Source of the DNA: Squalus acanthias
Lineage: Eukaryota
NCBI GenBank assembly: GCA_030390025.1
Contig: CM059432.1
Coordinates: forward strand, 40,488,001-40,552,000
Length of the DNA: 64,000 bases
Direction of reading: 5' to 3'
The notes beneath the pieces were generated by a model, which was not told where the DNA came from, ran no database searches, and was given only the letters and a program-made list of their open reading frames with translations. The translations under genes and the position numbers were made by a program. Positions 49,101 through 58,029 of this stretch are shown piece by piece (position 1 is the first letter of the stretch; the number at the start of each line of letters is the position of its first letter).

Positions 49101-52100
49101 TGGAAGTGGCTTAGTGAGTTCTAGTGAATGGTGAGACATAAGGGTACCCCCCCCTCCCCAAAATGGTGATGAGTGTGAAAGGAATGGCTTGGGCATTGTA
49201 GGGATGCTTTATGGTGTTGGTGTGGGGTGGTGCCAACCTGGCGCATCATGTGGCAACCAGGGTATACAGCGTCAAGTGAAGTAAATCTGGCCATGGTGAG
49301 GCCATCCCTGGCGTCCCGGGCAGCAATGTGGTCAGATGCTGATGCCCTGTGTCCTGTGCAGCATCAGGTGATTGCAGAGAAGGTTGGTGTTGTTGTTGCT
49401 GCTGCTGGTGTGCCCAGTGATGCTGGTGTTGCGGCTGATCTTGGTGGGATTCTGACGACCAAGGTGAGATATTTTCAAGGGCAACGATGCTGATGGAATA
49501 GATGGCAGATGAGGTTGAGATGACAGAAGCGATCTGTCAATGGTGAGAGAGGTTGTTCCAATGAGGTGGCACCGGATAGAGAGTTGGCTCCAAACACTTG
49601 CAACCTGCAGAAAGCTCAATCTGTCTTCCAAATTCAGTAACCAACAGTTTCTGAGCTTTGAAAGTGAACAGCTGTAACATGGGATCTTTTATACAACTTT
49701 GGCAGCTGTCAGGTCATGAGATAATTCAATGCTGAGTCCACTCACGACATGCTGAGCCGACGTGTTCCCCGAGCAGCGGGTAACCCGTGGGGGAGCACGT
49801 AAAATTGAAATGTAGGCTTAAAATAACAGTTAATTGGATGTTAACAACCCATTTAATTATGTGAATTGCCTCCCCCGCCGCTTGGTGACGGGTCTGTTCA
49901 GCGCTGACAGACCCAACACCTGGGAGACTTGCGTGGAGGTGGGTTGACAGCAGGTTTCCTACCCGCAGTCAATCTTTGCTATTTTGACAGCGGACCCACC
50001 TCCGAACTCGCCCTCTGAACGCCGGCAGAATTCAGCCCAAAGTGTGGGATCTTTGTCATGCTCATTGGTCGTTGAGCCATTGGGGGTGATTTAAGCTCAC
50101 TGGCCTCGAAAACCACAAAAAGAGTCCTCTAGTTTCTCTTCACATCTAAAAGCCTCTCATCCCTAGTGTCACCTTAGTGAATCTCTTCAATATCCTTGCC
50201 ATGACCTGGACATCCTTCCTAAATTAGGGCCCCCAAAACTAGACACAGTGAGGTAAATATTGGTATGCATTGCAGCTATTTTTCAGGCGTAAGATGGGCA
50301 CAAAGCTGACAAATTTACCAGTGACATGCCCATTGTGAATCTTTTATTGACATGCCCATTGTGTGCATCCATCGGGTCCATTCATAGGCATCCCGGATAG
50401 CCGCCTAAAGCATATGTAATTGAGGGGCCTAATGCATGTTGAAGGACCCTCTGTAAAATTAGCTTACGATGAGCGGAGCAGGTGCCGGACCTATCACGCT
50501 CAGAATTCTTCAGTGGCCCCTGCAGCCGCCAACGGAAAGTACTTTTTAAAAATTTTAATAGTTTTAAAAAACCTTCCTGTGGATCCAGGAGGAGCAGAAT
50601 GCTCCCCCGACTCCACTGTCAACGTGATCACTCCCACCCCCGCTCCATTTCCCACACCAACCCCCTCACGGGACTTACCTTCAGACTGTTGCCGGCGAGG
50701 CAAATGGCCCGACATTTGGCATTTGCAATGCGGAGCTTTCTGTGAAGGTACAACAGGTGCCAGCAGCTCGAGCATAAAATGTTAATGAGGCACATGGTCC
50801 AGTTTCAGGCTGGTCTCAGGTTGGGGAGAAGTCTGTGCCCAGATGACTTTCTACCCCAGTACTCTAAGTGTGGCCTAAGTAATGATTTGTTTAGGTTTAG
50901 CATAACTTTTGCTTTTGTACTCAATGCTCCTATTCAAAAATAACATCCCATATGGTTTTTTTTTTTTAAATCAGATTTACCAACTGGTCCTTCCAGTTTT
51001 AAACATATGTCTATCTGAACTCCTAAGTCTTTCTGCTTCTCTACTCCTTTTAAAGTGTTGCCATTCAGCACAGATTCTCCTTCTTACTCCCAAAATGTAT
51101 CATCTCTCATGTCTCAGTATTAAATTTCATCTGACATCTACGCAATCTACTAACCTGACTATATCCTCATAAGGTCTCATACAATCCTTTTCACAGCTAA
51201 CCATACTCCCTAATTTTGTGCCTGCTGCAAATTTTGACATTGTGCCCCTTATAATCAAATCCAGACCCATTATATATATTAAGATATATATATGCTAAAT
51301 TAGTTGATCTCTAGGAAGCTTAGGGAGGGGAGGGATGCAATGTCCTCAGGTTAAAAAGTGGAACGCTCAGTCAGGGTTTCCACTCTTGATTGCCATCCAT
51401 TGGAAAATGCGTGCATGAGGATTTCAAGTGATCGGATTGAGTTTGGATGAAGAGCCTGCCCACATTCACTGTCTTGCCTCATGCATTAAGATCAGGGACA
51501 GCGTTAGGGCTGTACAAGCCATGCAATTGCATGGGCCCCATGCTCCAAGCCTGCAATGATACCAGATTAAGTAGGTAGTATTTAGTATCATTGTCCAGTA
51601 AACATAGGGGACCCCAAACCAAACCTTTGCACAGGGCCTCTGAAAGGCAAACAAACACCTGAGTGAGGTACTGGAAGCAGTCACTCCTCCCCATAGGTCC
51701 ATACCACAGCACGAATTCGTGAATCGGGGAAAAAGGGGAGAAGACCTGGGGGGGGAAGGATCATGAAACAAATAATTTGACAAAGGATCCGTACCTAAAA
51801 CATTAACTTATCTATTCTCTCCGCTGTTGATTCATGACCTGCGATATGTTTCCAACATTTATGTTTTTGTTTCATATTTCAAGCATCGACATTTTTTGTT
51901 TTTTGTTCACGAAAATATTTCCTGTATCAGCTCTATTTGCAGGGCGATACTAGTGCGTCAACAAGAAAGATCTTGGGGGGCGGGGGGAATAATTTTTCAC
52001 TAGCTTTTTAATTAACAAGTGGGGTAACTATATATGACAATGAAAAAATCTTGATACAAATTCTTTCACCTCATTGGATCAAATTATTCTACAACATGCT

Positions 52101-55100
52101 GTAAAATTTTAGTAGGAGGTAAGCAAACAGGCAGATAAAACTCCTCATATCCTGATTCATATCTTAGTGATTGAAATACAACTCCTTCATGTGTGTGTTG
52201 AAACCAAGTAATCCCAAGCCTAATATAACAGAGTCACTGCTTTGCCTCAGTGATCTTTCTGATATAGACCTGCTTAGCTCTGGGAAAGAGGCAGATGAGT
52301 AAAAACTATTGGGATGCTCTGCTTTTTTTTCGCATAAGCTTCCATGAGGGAGGACATTGCTGAGGAAATTATTGGCTATAGCACATTCATTTCTGATAAA
52401 CATTACAACTTCATTACACCACAATCTTGTCCTATTGGAAATGGTATTTTGTGGATCTAGGAATATTTGTGAGAGGACATTGTCTCACATTGGCACCAAT
52501 ATTTTAATCAGGAAACTATAGACCAGTTAGCCTAACATCTGTCGTTGGGAAAATGCTGGAGTCCTTCATTAAGGAAGCAGTAGCAGGGCATTTGGAAAAT
52601 CATAATGCAGTCAAGCAGAGTCAGCATGGTTTTATGAAAGGGAAATCATGTTTAACAAACTTGCTGGAGTTCTTTGAGGAGGTAACGAGCAGGGTGGACA
52701 AAGGTGAGCCAGTGGATATGGTGTATTTGGATTTCCAGAAGGCATTCAATAAGGTGCCACATAAAAGGTTACTGCACAAGATAAGAGCACACGGGGTTGG
52801 AGGTAATATATTAGCATAGATAGAGAATTGGCTAACTACCAGAAAGCAGAGAGTCAGGATAAATGGGCCATTTTCCGGTTGGCAAACGGTAACTAGTGGG
52901 GTGCCACGGGGATCGGTGCTGGGGCCTCAACTATTTACAATCTACATTAATGACTTGGATGAAGGGATCGAGTGTAATGTAACCAAGTTTGTGGATGATA
53001 CAAAGATAGGTGGGAAAGCAAGTTGTGCAGAGGACTCAAAGAACCTGCAAAGGTATATAGACAGGCTAAGTGAGTGGGCAAACATTTGGCAGATGGAATA
53101 TAATGTGGGAAAGTGCAAGGTTATACACTTTGGCAGGAAAAATAAAAAAGCAAATTATTATTTAAATGGAGAGAGATTACAAAATGCTACAGTTCAGAGG
53201 GACCTGGAGGTCCTTGTGCATGAAACACACAAAGTTAGCATGCAGGTACAGCAAATAATCAAAAAGGCAAATGGAATGTTGGCCTTTATTTCAAAGGGGT
53301 TGGAGTATAAAAGCAGGGAAGTTCTGCTACAACTGTACAGGGTATTGGTGAGACCACACCTTGAGTACTGCGTACAGTTTTGGTCTCCTTATTTAAGGAA
53401 GGATATATTTGCATTGGAGGCAGTTCAGAGACGATTCACTAGGTTAATTCCAGAGATGAGGGGGTTGACTTATGAGGAAAGGTTGAGCAGGCTGGGCCTA
53501 TACTCATTGGAATTTAGAAGAATGAGAGGTGATCTTATTGAAACGTATAAGAAACTGAGGGGGCACGACAAGGTAGATGCAGAGAGGATGTTTCCCCTCG
53601 TGGGGAAATCTAGAACTCGGGGGCATCGTTTTAGAATAAAGGGTCGCCCTTTTAGAACTGAGATGAGGAGGAATTTCTTCTCTGAGGGTTGTAAATCTGT
53701 GGAATTCTCTGCCCCAGAGAGCTGTGGAGGCTGGGTCATTAAATACAGTTAAGGTAGAGATAGACAAATTTTTGCAAGATAAGGGAGTGAAGGGTTATGG
53801 GGAGCGGACGGGGAAGTGACTTTGAGCCCAAGATCAGCCATGATCTTATTTAATGGCGGAGCAGGCTTGAGGGGCAAAGTGGCTGATTCCTGCTCCTATA
53901 TCTTATGTTCTTAAGAATGGTTTAAAATACCAAATTAATAAAACTGTTGCTTGGAATTGGAGTTTCATTCTTTTTACCAATATTCATTGCTATGCTCTTT
54001 TGGAATATTATTCCTGCAGATACAAAATGACGTCAAACATGTATTGAAGCTGTCTAGAAAATTTAGAGGAATGGCAGCTATTTAAATTGGCAATGTTTGA
54101 GCTAGTTGCCTTATACTGATAGGCTCTGGCAGTCGGTACTTACGGTTGTCCTGCTGGGGTATTTTCAGAAACAAACACACTGTAGGACACATTGGTAAAC
54201 TGTGGGGGTCTGGAGCCGACCAGAATGAAAATAGATGCATGAGGACCTTTGTTGCCCCGCCTATCGACAGCCAGCACAGTTAACACGTATTCATTGTGTC
54301 TGAGCAGAGTTGAGCCAGTGGTCCTGATGATGCCTGAACTCTTGTCAACTTCAAATCTCTCTTCTCCGCCTGTAGGTATCAGAGTCATGACATGTTAGGC
54401 GCATGAAGAGAAGCGATGTAAATCTGAGCCTTTAGCTATTGAATTATTCTGATAACATTTTCACTGGGCAAAATCACTACATATCTTTAGATTAAAAGGA
54501 TGGGATCGACTTCAACATAATTTAAAGACATTGCCAAAGGCTGATTTGGGATATTAATACAATAAATATCACTGGTTAAAGAAACATCAACATTTTTTAA
54601 ACAAAATTATTTCCACAGGAGTGTGTGACATCACAGAAATGAAGATTATTTTATTTTTTAATTGAAAGTCTCATACTAGTGTTCTAAGTAGATTAGATTC
54701 ATGAAGTTGTCCATAACTCACTCATGAGTTATCCAGTTAGCCTCATTTGGGGAGACATTTATCATATTACATGGCTGCCTAGCCAGAACATATCCTGAGT
54801 GTGTAGAGCAGCCTGGAATAGCCACGGCTGGTTCCATCATAAAGATGTCTCAATGGAATTATCTTCAGAACACGGCAGCACTTCAGTCTAAGTTGGCTTT
54901 TATATTCATTCAAGCCAACTTAATGCTTATTGCTCAGTGACAATTTTATTGCAACGGGATGCTTATAAGGACATTTTCTTTTTTTTATTCATTCCTGAGA
55001 TGTGGGCATCGCTGGCAAGGCCAGCATTTATTGCCTATCCCTAATTGCCTTTGAGAAGGTGGTAGTGAGCTGCCTTCTTGAACCGCTGTAGTCCGTGTGG

Positions 55101-56262
55101 TGAAGGTACTCCCATAGTGCTGTTAGGGAGGGAGTTCCAGGATTTTGACCCACCGACGATAAAGGAACGGAGATATATTTCCAAGTCAGGATGGTGTGTA
55201 ACTTGGAGGGGCACTTGGAGTTGACGGTGTTCCTATGTGCCTGCTGCCCTTGTCCTTCTAGGTGGTAGAGGTCGCGAGTTTAGAAGGTGCTGCTGAAGAA
55301 GCCTTGGCGAGTTGCTGCTGTGCATCTTGTAGATGGTACACACTGCAGCCACAGTGCGCTGGTGGTGGGAGGAGTGAATGTTTAAGGTGGTGGATGGGGT
55401 GCCAATCAAGCCAATCTAAGATAGCCCAATGTCTTCATTGGTTCCCATTCCCCAGCGCTATTCAATGGCCCCTGGAAATGTTATGTGTGAATATGGGGTG
55501 ACAGGATCATGCTCAGTTCTCAAGGCCCAATACTTTAATTGCCTGCTGGTATTAATGTATGGGTTCTCAGATGGAGAGTGGTCACTTGAGCAAAGTATCA
55601 ACAGACTTCAGAAGAGGAAGGGGAAAAAAATAAAGTTAAAAAGCACTACTGGCTAGCAAATAACTTGCTATAAATTTATTACACCATAAATGACCACTTG
55701 GACAGGGTACAAGAGAGCATCTAACACCTGTGGAACTGTACCTCTAACAAGGAGTCGACACCTTCATACAGAAGGAAAGGAGGGAAGAATGTTGGCAGTA
55801 AAAAGAGGAAAAAAATTGAACTGGTGGGTGGGGGGTGGTTATTGGGAAGAAAGAAGCTCAGGGATGCCAACCCAGTCACTCCTATCCTTTGGACTACTGG
55901 ATGGATCAAGAGCAGCATTGGCTGAGGTACAGGAGCACCTCTCAGCTAAAGAGGGGACCATGGCATGGGACAGATCATAGCAAAAGAGGAAAATACAAAA
56001 AATACCTACAAAAAAATCTTACTTTTGAAACACATGGCATGTATAAGAATTTTCTGACTTTCTTTCTTACCCTCTGTTAGAAAGTATTCCATTCCATCAG
56101 TAGAGTGATCTGAATCATCCCATGCAGAAAGCTGGAAAACAGAAGTACCCTTGGGAGCATCTGAAGATACCGCTGTTAGATAGGGGAACAGCTGCATTGT
56201 CCACTCTGGGAAGCTTTCCCTCAATATGTTGATCGTCAAATGGCACAGGTACCAGTCTTCAC
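991..56262 (-). CDS. Type III classical cadherin (neural-cadherin-like, DN-/Hz-cadherin family), partial gene: 13 internal exons, 2360 nt spliced, about 7 EC repeats
   Basis: All 13 exons have AG acceptors and GT donors and join in consistent phase without stops. Cadherin motifs LDYE/FDRE, DxNDNxPxF and AxDxD are present. Segments such as [48 protein letters not shown] and GVNGQVKY are collinear with DN-cadherin as recalled. Confidence 0.9.
1559..1808 (-). CDS. Cadherin exon 12 (250 nt, phase 0-1)
   Basis: tttttag|ACTATC ... ACAG|gtatgt; [17 protein letters not shown]...[19 protein letters not shown]...IYVNVT. Confidence 0.92.
4515..4663. mobile_element. Short palindromic MITE-like element
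   Basis: GGGGGTAAATTTTGACTTTG ... CAAAGTGAAAATTACCCCC imperfect terminal inverted repeats extending about 35-40 bp. Confidence 0.55.
6590..6925 (+). mobile_element. Old SINE-like repeat, family not identified; related pieces near 2215-2560, 5060-5240, 10480-10700, 30270-30480, 39975-40490 and 51290-51480
   Basis: Recurring motifs ACAATTGGCCTCAG, GAATAGCCTGC and CACATGAAGAAT(G/T)GCCA(C/T)TTGG(G)CAAGGTA shared among copies. Confidence 0.55.
6938..7788 (-). mobile_element. L2-clade LINE 3' fragment
   Basis: RT C-terminal motifs [26 protein letters not shown] and APPYL; tail AAATGCAAGTTGTTGTT on the minus strand. Confidence 0.85.
8127..8294 (-). CDS. Cadherin exon 11 (168 nt, phase 0-0; absent from ORF track)
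   Basis: gttctag|ATCGCT ... GTG|gtatgt; [56 protein letters not shown]. Confidence 0.9.
9917..10089 (-). CDS. Cadherin exon 10 (173 nt, phase 1-0; absent from ORF track)
   Basis: tacttag|ACTAT ... CAG|gtaagg; [58 protein letters not shown]. Confidence 0.92.
11048..11218 (-). CDS. Cadherin exon 9 (171 nt, phase 1-1; absent from ORF track)
   Basis: ctttgtag|GATCT ... CAAT|gtaagg; [57 protein letters not shown]. Confidence 0.92.
12070..12370 (-). mobile_element. CR1 LINE 3' fragment
   Basis: Reverse complement of the CR1-type tail (GGGCCAAATGGCCTCCTTCTGTGCTGTAAG..TTCTATGA) plus the end of ORF2. Confidence 0.7.
12616..12735 (+). repeat. 5' LTR (120 bp)
   Basis: TGTAATA...TATCACA; near-identical to 17202-17308. 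Confidence 0.93.
12740..12758 (+). promoter_or_regulatory. Primer-binding site, tRNA-Ser(GCT)-type
   Basis: TGGCGATGAGGATGCGATT has 2 mismatches to the complement of the recalled vertebrate tRNA-Ser(GCT) 3' end (TGGCGACGAGGATGGGATT) and lies 4 nt after the LTR. Confidence 0.75.
17202..17308 (+). repeat. 3' LTR (107 bp) preceded by polypurine tract
   Basis: AAGGAGGGAGCAG immediately before TGTAATAGAGCC; 13-bp deletion relative to the 5' LTR. Confidence 0.93.
17766..17934 (-). CDS. Cadherin exon 8 (169 nt, phase 0-1)
   Basis: ttccag|TGTCTA ... ACTG|gtgagt; [38 protein letters not shown]...FHINPDT. Confidence 0.92.
18118..18156 (+). ncRNA. Minimal type I hammerhead ribozyme motif
   Basis: GGGTT-CTGACGA-aGGGTCATCAACCT-GAAA-CGTT-AACTC: CUGANGA and GAAA cores, imperfect stem II, ACGU palindromic stem III, and a 5-bp stem I with one G-U pair (partly from target flank). 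Confidence 0.65.
18121..18252 (+). mobile_element. Penelope-like element terminal (pLTR) fragment with 13-bp target-site duplication
   Basis: Matches the 3' end of the Penelope element at about 45365-45494; flanked by GTAAAATAATGGG at 18108-18120 and 18253-18265. Confidence 0.85.
19610..19782 (-). CDS. Cadherin exon 7 (173 nt, phase 1-0)
   Basis: tgacag|GTATT ... GAG|gtatga; GIIKLRRS...[10 protein letters not shown]...[13 protein letters not shown]. Confidence 0.92.
20235..20800 (+). mobile_element. Degraded L2 LINE 3' fragment
   Basis: Similar to the L2 copies at 29100 and 37732 (GCTGCTGAAACCCTCAT, CTCCATGGCCTC, TTTGACCAAGCTTTTGGTC). Confidence 0.7.
21098..21872 (-). mobile_element. CR1 LINE 3' fragment
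   Basis: [26 protein letters not shown] motif and CR1 3' tail on the minus strand; small plus-strand piece of the same end at about 20870-20985. Confidence 0.85.
22164..22235 (+). pseudogene. tRNA-Glu(TTC)-derived pseudogene fused to a CR1 3' tail (to about 22297)
   Basis: TCCCTGGTGGTTTAGTGGTTAGGATTTGGTGCTTTCACTGCCGTGGCTCAGATTCAATTCCCAAAGAGCGAA is 72 nt and collinear with vertebrate tRNA-Glu. Most CpGs have decayed to TG/CA, and the acceptor and T stems are broken. Confidence 0.8.
22417..22559 (-). CDS. Cadherin exon 6 (143 nt, phase 2-1)
   Basis: acccag|ATACAAG ... AAAG|gtaaaa; [47 protein letters not shown]. Confidence 0.92.
22632..23305. mobile_element. GC/CpG-rich non-autonomous DNA transposon (possibly PIF/Harbinger MITE)
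   Basis: TIRs GGGGGAAAAATCCGGTTGC / GGGGGAGAAATTGAGTTGC (15/19); many TAGCGCCCC-like motifs in both orientations. Confidence 0.7.
23378..23815 (-). mobile_element. DeuSINE (SacSINE1-like); further copies at about 36688-37105 (-), 56680-56960 (-), 57575-57800 (+) and 62240-62512 (+)
   Basis: tRNA-like head GCTGTGGCTCAGTTGGTAGCAC...; Deu-domain-like CTTTCGGATGAGA..CCGAGGCCCCG..GTGGATGTAAAAGATACCATTGCACTATTTC; L2-like tail. Confidence 0.75.
24789..25038 (-). CDS. Cadherin exon 5 (250 nt, phase 1-2)
   Basis: catgtag|TGCTG ... AATGT|gtacgt; [16 protein letters not shown]...LDYERPNH...[14 protein letters not shown]. Confidence 0.92.
25296..26178 (+). mobile_element. Solo LTR (883 bp) inserted in an old L2-type tail
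   Basis: TGTAAGAT...ATCTTATA inverted ends; 4-bp TSD TACC/TACT; TATAAG at about 25844; AATAAA at 26103; the interrupted repeat resumes on both sides. Confidence 0.75.
26310..28043. mobile_element. Rearranged PIF/Harbinger-like relic with nested Penelope tail and CR1 tail fragments
   Basis: Plus strand: acidic EEEAK repeat then ...[10 protein letters not shown] (resembles a transposase C-terminus). Minus strand: Myb/SANT-like pieces [14 protein letters not shown]|gt and [13 protein letters not shown]. Confidence 0.6.
28955..30257 (-). mobile_element. tRNA-headed SINE split by an L2 insertion
   Basis: Head GGTATGGTAGTGTAGTGGTTATGTTACTGGACT (minus strand, from 30257); body continues at 29095-28955; tail resembles the LINE end at about 54990-55050. 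Confidence 0.65.
29100..29990 (+). mobile_element. L2 LINE 3' fragment
   Basis: [37 protein letters not shown]; tail AAATGCAAGTTGTTGTT. Confidence 0.9.
32912..33474 (+). mobile_element. pogo/Tigger-like (Tc1/mariner superfamily) non-autonomous element, copy 1, carrying captured gene DNA
   Basis: TIR CAGGAAACTCT(CT/TT)..TAACCGGCACC 24/26; TA duplication at 32910-11 and 33475-76; removing it restores the CR1 frame AGA GGT ATT GAG TAC (RGIEYK). Confidence 0.93.
33083..33258 (+). pseudogene. BAZ1A: Captured BAZ1A (ACF1) PHD-finger exon fragment
   Basis: [24 protein letters not shown][11-bp duplication][30 protein letters not shown] compared with recalled human BAZ1[56 protein letters not shown]; followed by AAG|GTTTGT and AT-rich sequence. 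Confidence 0.88.
36455..36620 (+). mobile_element. LF-SINE-like 3' fragment
   Basis: GCATTG..GGAAGCTTGATACTG ... TTTATGAGCACAAAATTCAC resembles the LF-SINE 3' end; shares CTGGATGCCTGAAA with the 58.8-kb copy. Confidence 0.55.
37226..37337 (-). CDS. Cadherin exon 4 (112 nt, phase 0-1)
   Basis: ttttccag|GTAGTA ... CAAG|gttgta; [37 protein letters not shown]. Confidence 0.9.
37732..38697 (+). mobile_element. L2 LINE 3' fragment
   Basis: [12 protein letters not shown] motif; tail AAGTTGTTGTTGTT. Confidence 0.92.
39641..39889 (+). mobile_element. pogo/Tigger-like MITE, copy 4 (divergent subfamily)
   Basis: TA-CAGTAAACTCTT...AAGAGTTTACTG-TA; subterminal regions homologous to copies 1-3. Confidence 0.85.
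40562..41631 (+). mobile_element. CR1 LINE, 5'-truncated, relatively young
   Basis: [40 protein letters not shown] tail. Confidence 0.95.
43251..43992. mobile_element. Non-autonomous DNA transposon with CpG-rich arms and AT-rich core
   Basis: Ends GGCCCAGAAATTA / GGCCCGAAAATTA; internal hairpins. Confidence 0.6.
44170..45494 (+). mobile_element. Penelope-like retroelement, 5'-truncated, with 12-bp TSD
   Basis: [24 protein letters not shown] (RT thumb); [15 protein letters not shown] (GIY-YIG); flanked by TTAAATATTAGC at 44158-44169 and 45495-45506. Confidence 0.92.
45725..45929 (-). CDS. Cadherin exon 3 (205 nt, phase 2-0)
   Basis: ttttgacag|AATG ... GAG|gtatga; [19 protein letters not shown]...[18 protein letters not shown]. 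Confidence 0.92.
46365..46728 (+). mobile_element. pogo/Tigger-like element, copy 2, with different cargo
   Basis: Perfect 26-bp TIR CAGGAAACTCTTTATTAACCGGCACC; TA duplication; ends nearly identical to copy 1. Confidence 0.93.
48257..50038 (+). mobile_element. PIF/Harbinger-derived element with decayed Myb/SANT-like ORF; left boundary uncertain
   Basis: [39 protein letters not shown]; right end AATTCAGCCC; closely similar to 60355-61678. Confidence 0.7.
52510..53912 (+). mobile_element. CR1 LINE, 5'-truncated
   Basis: [36 protein letters not shown]1 tail. Confidence 0.95.
54144..54369 (-). CDS. Cadherin exon 2 (226 nt, phase 1-2)
   Basis: ctacag|GCGGAG ... CAACC|gtaagt; [19 protein letters not shown]...[26 protein letters not shown]. 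Confidence 0.92.
54983..55410 (-). mobile_element. Non-LTR retrotransposon 3' end (CR1/L2 group, distinct family)
   Basis: Minus strand encodes ..[24 protein letters not shown]; ends GAATGAATAAAAAAAA. Confidence 0.7.
56071..56262 (-). CDS. Cadherin exon 1 in window (192 nt, phase 1-1)
   Basis: ttttgcag|GTGAAGAC ... GAGG|gtaaga; [21 protein letters not shown]...[18 protein letters not shown]. Confidence 0.88.
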
Positions 56263-58029
56263 CTGCAAAAAGTCAATAGTCACCACAGTGTTTCTCACAT
56301 TCTTCTCCAAATGGGTCATGATGACTTTTTGAACATATTCAAACATGTTTCTCAGGCTCAAGCTTAGAAAAGTACCCACCCAACATTTCTCACACTAGTC
56401 ATCATGATCTCCCTGTGTGAGATTGCCAATTTAATGCTGCATTATAGTAGATTTCTAGGGTGGATTTGCAACTGGTTGAGACTGCTTAAACTAGTTCTAC
56501 GAAGAATCCTTTCAGTTGAGGGAAGGGGGGATTTTCAACCCATCAGTTAGGACTAGATTCTAATTCAGATTCTGGGAGGAAAGCGTACTAAGTAGTTGCA
56601 TCATCCAGTCCCCTCTCTCACTGCATCTCGAAGAATAGAGATTTTCATGCACAGAACACCAATTGCATAAGAAGAATTAAAGAGCCTACATTTATATAAT
56701 CTCTTAGCATATCCTCAGAACATTCCAAAGTACTTTAAGCCAATTGATTACATTTGAAACATGGCAGCCAAGTTATTCCCTTCATATCCCACGAACAGTG
56801 AAACGAATGACTGACCAGGTCATTTGTTTTGCGTAGCATTGGAGCAAGTAGGCAGACAGAGCCTTGATTTAACATCTCAGTTCAAAAGATGCAACACTCC
56901 CCCTAGTATCGACCTAGAATATGTGCTATAAAGTTCTTTGTGGAGTTTTAATCTATAACCTTATGAGAACAATAGCATTGACAAACACCCAGCATTTCCC
57001 CAATAAGCCAGGTGGTTCGCTGTCTTGGAAGTCCACACCCTGCTGCCCCAATAAACAAAACTTAGCCTTTCATGTTGGCTTTTTATGATTTGCAAATATC
57101 TTCGGAACAGTTTTAGTGCACATAAGAAAATATGAGAAGCCATGGATGAGAAAAGACCATTTTCCCCATCAAAGCTCATCCTTCCAGTACCCTGACTCTT
57201 GCTATCACAGTATCCAACTGCAGTGTGAACAGCTCCAATGTTTCTGCCTCTATGACCCAGCCTGTCAGATTTAATTCAAATATTTATCCCTCTTTGAATA
57301 AAAAAAAAAAAATCGGACATTTTAAATTTATTTTTCACTCATTTCCATGTATGTCCTCTGGTTTTACTTCTCTGGCTTAATTAAAAGTAATAATCTGAGT
57401 GTACTTCATCTATGCTGTTTAATATTTTACATATTTCAATGAAGGTCTTTCTTAATTGCATTTTTTTCCAGACTGTAAAGCCAAAGCCTCTCTAATCTTT
57501 CCTCATCCCTTTCCACTTGGGATCAGTGTTGTTCTTCTTCACGGTCCCAGTTGACTTTGTAAAAGTGCGAATTTTGTTCAGTGATAGCATGCTTGCCTCA
57601 CTCAGACAATTATAAGTTCAAATCCCACTCCAGGACTTGAGCACGTAATCTAAACTGACACTTTAGTGCAGTACTGAGGGAGTGCTGCATGGTCAGATTT
57701 GCAATCTTTTGATAAAACATTTAGTATGGCCCCATTTGTCCGGTCAGGTTGATATAACAAATCCCATGGCACTGCTTGACTCACCGAGCAATGTCATGGG
57801 AGATCTGCCAGTATATATAAAAAGTCCACTCCAAAATAGAAGCATATCTCCAACCTCCCTCGAAAATAAATCTCATACCTGATGTACAGCATATCCACTT
57901 TCAAAATTGCGAGTGTGGGTCACACCCTCCCACCAAGCCGAATGAATATTACTCATGAGACAGAGTAGGGCAGGAAAATGAGAACTGAAAGAGTTTCATT
58001 GTTAAATAATCTACAGAGTGACATTACTA

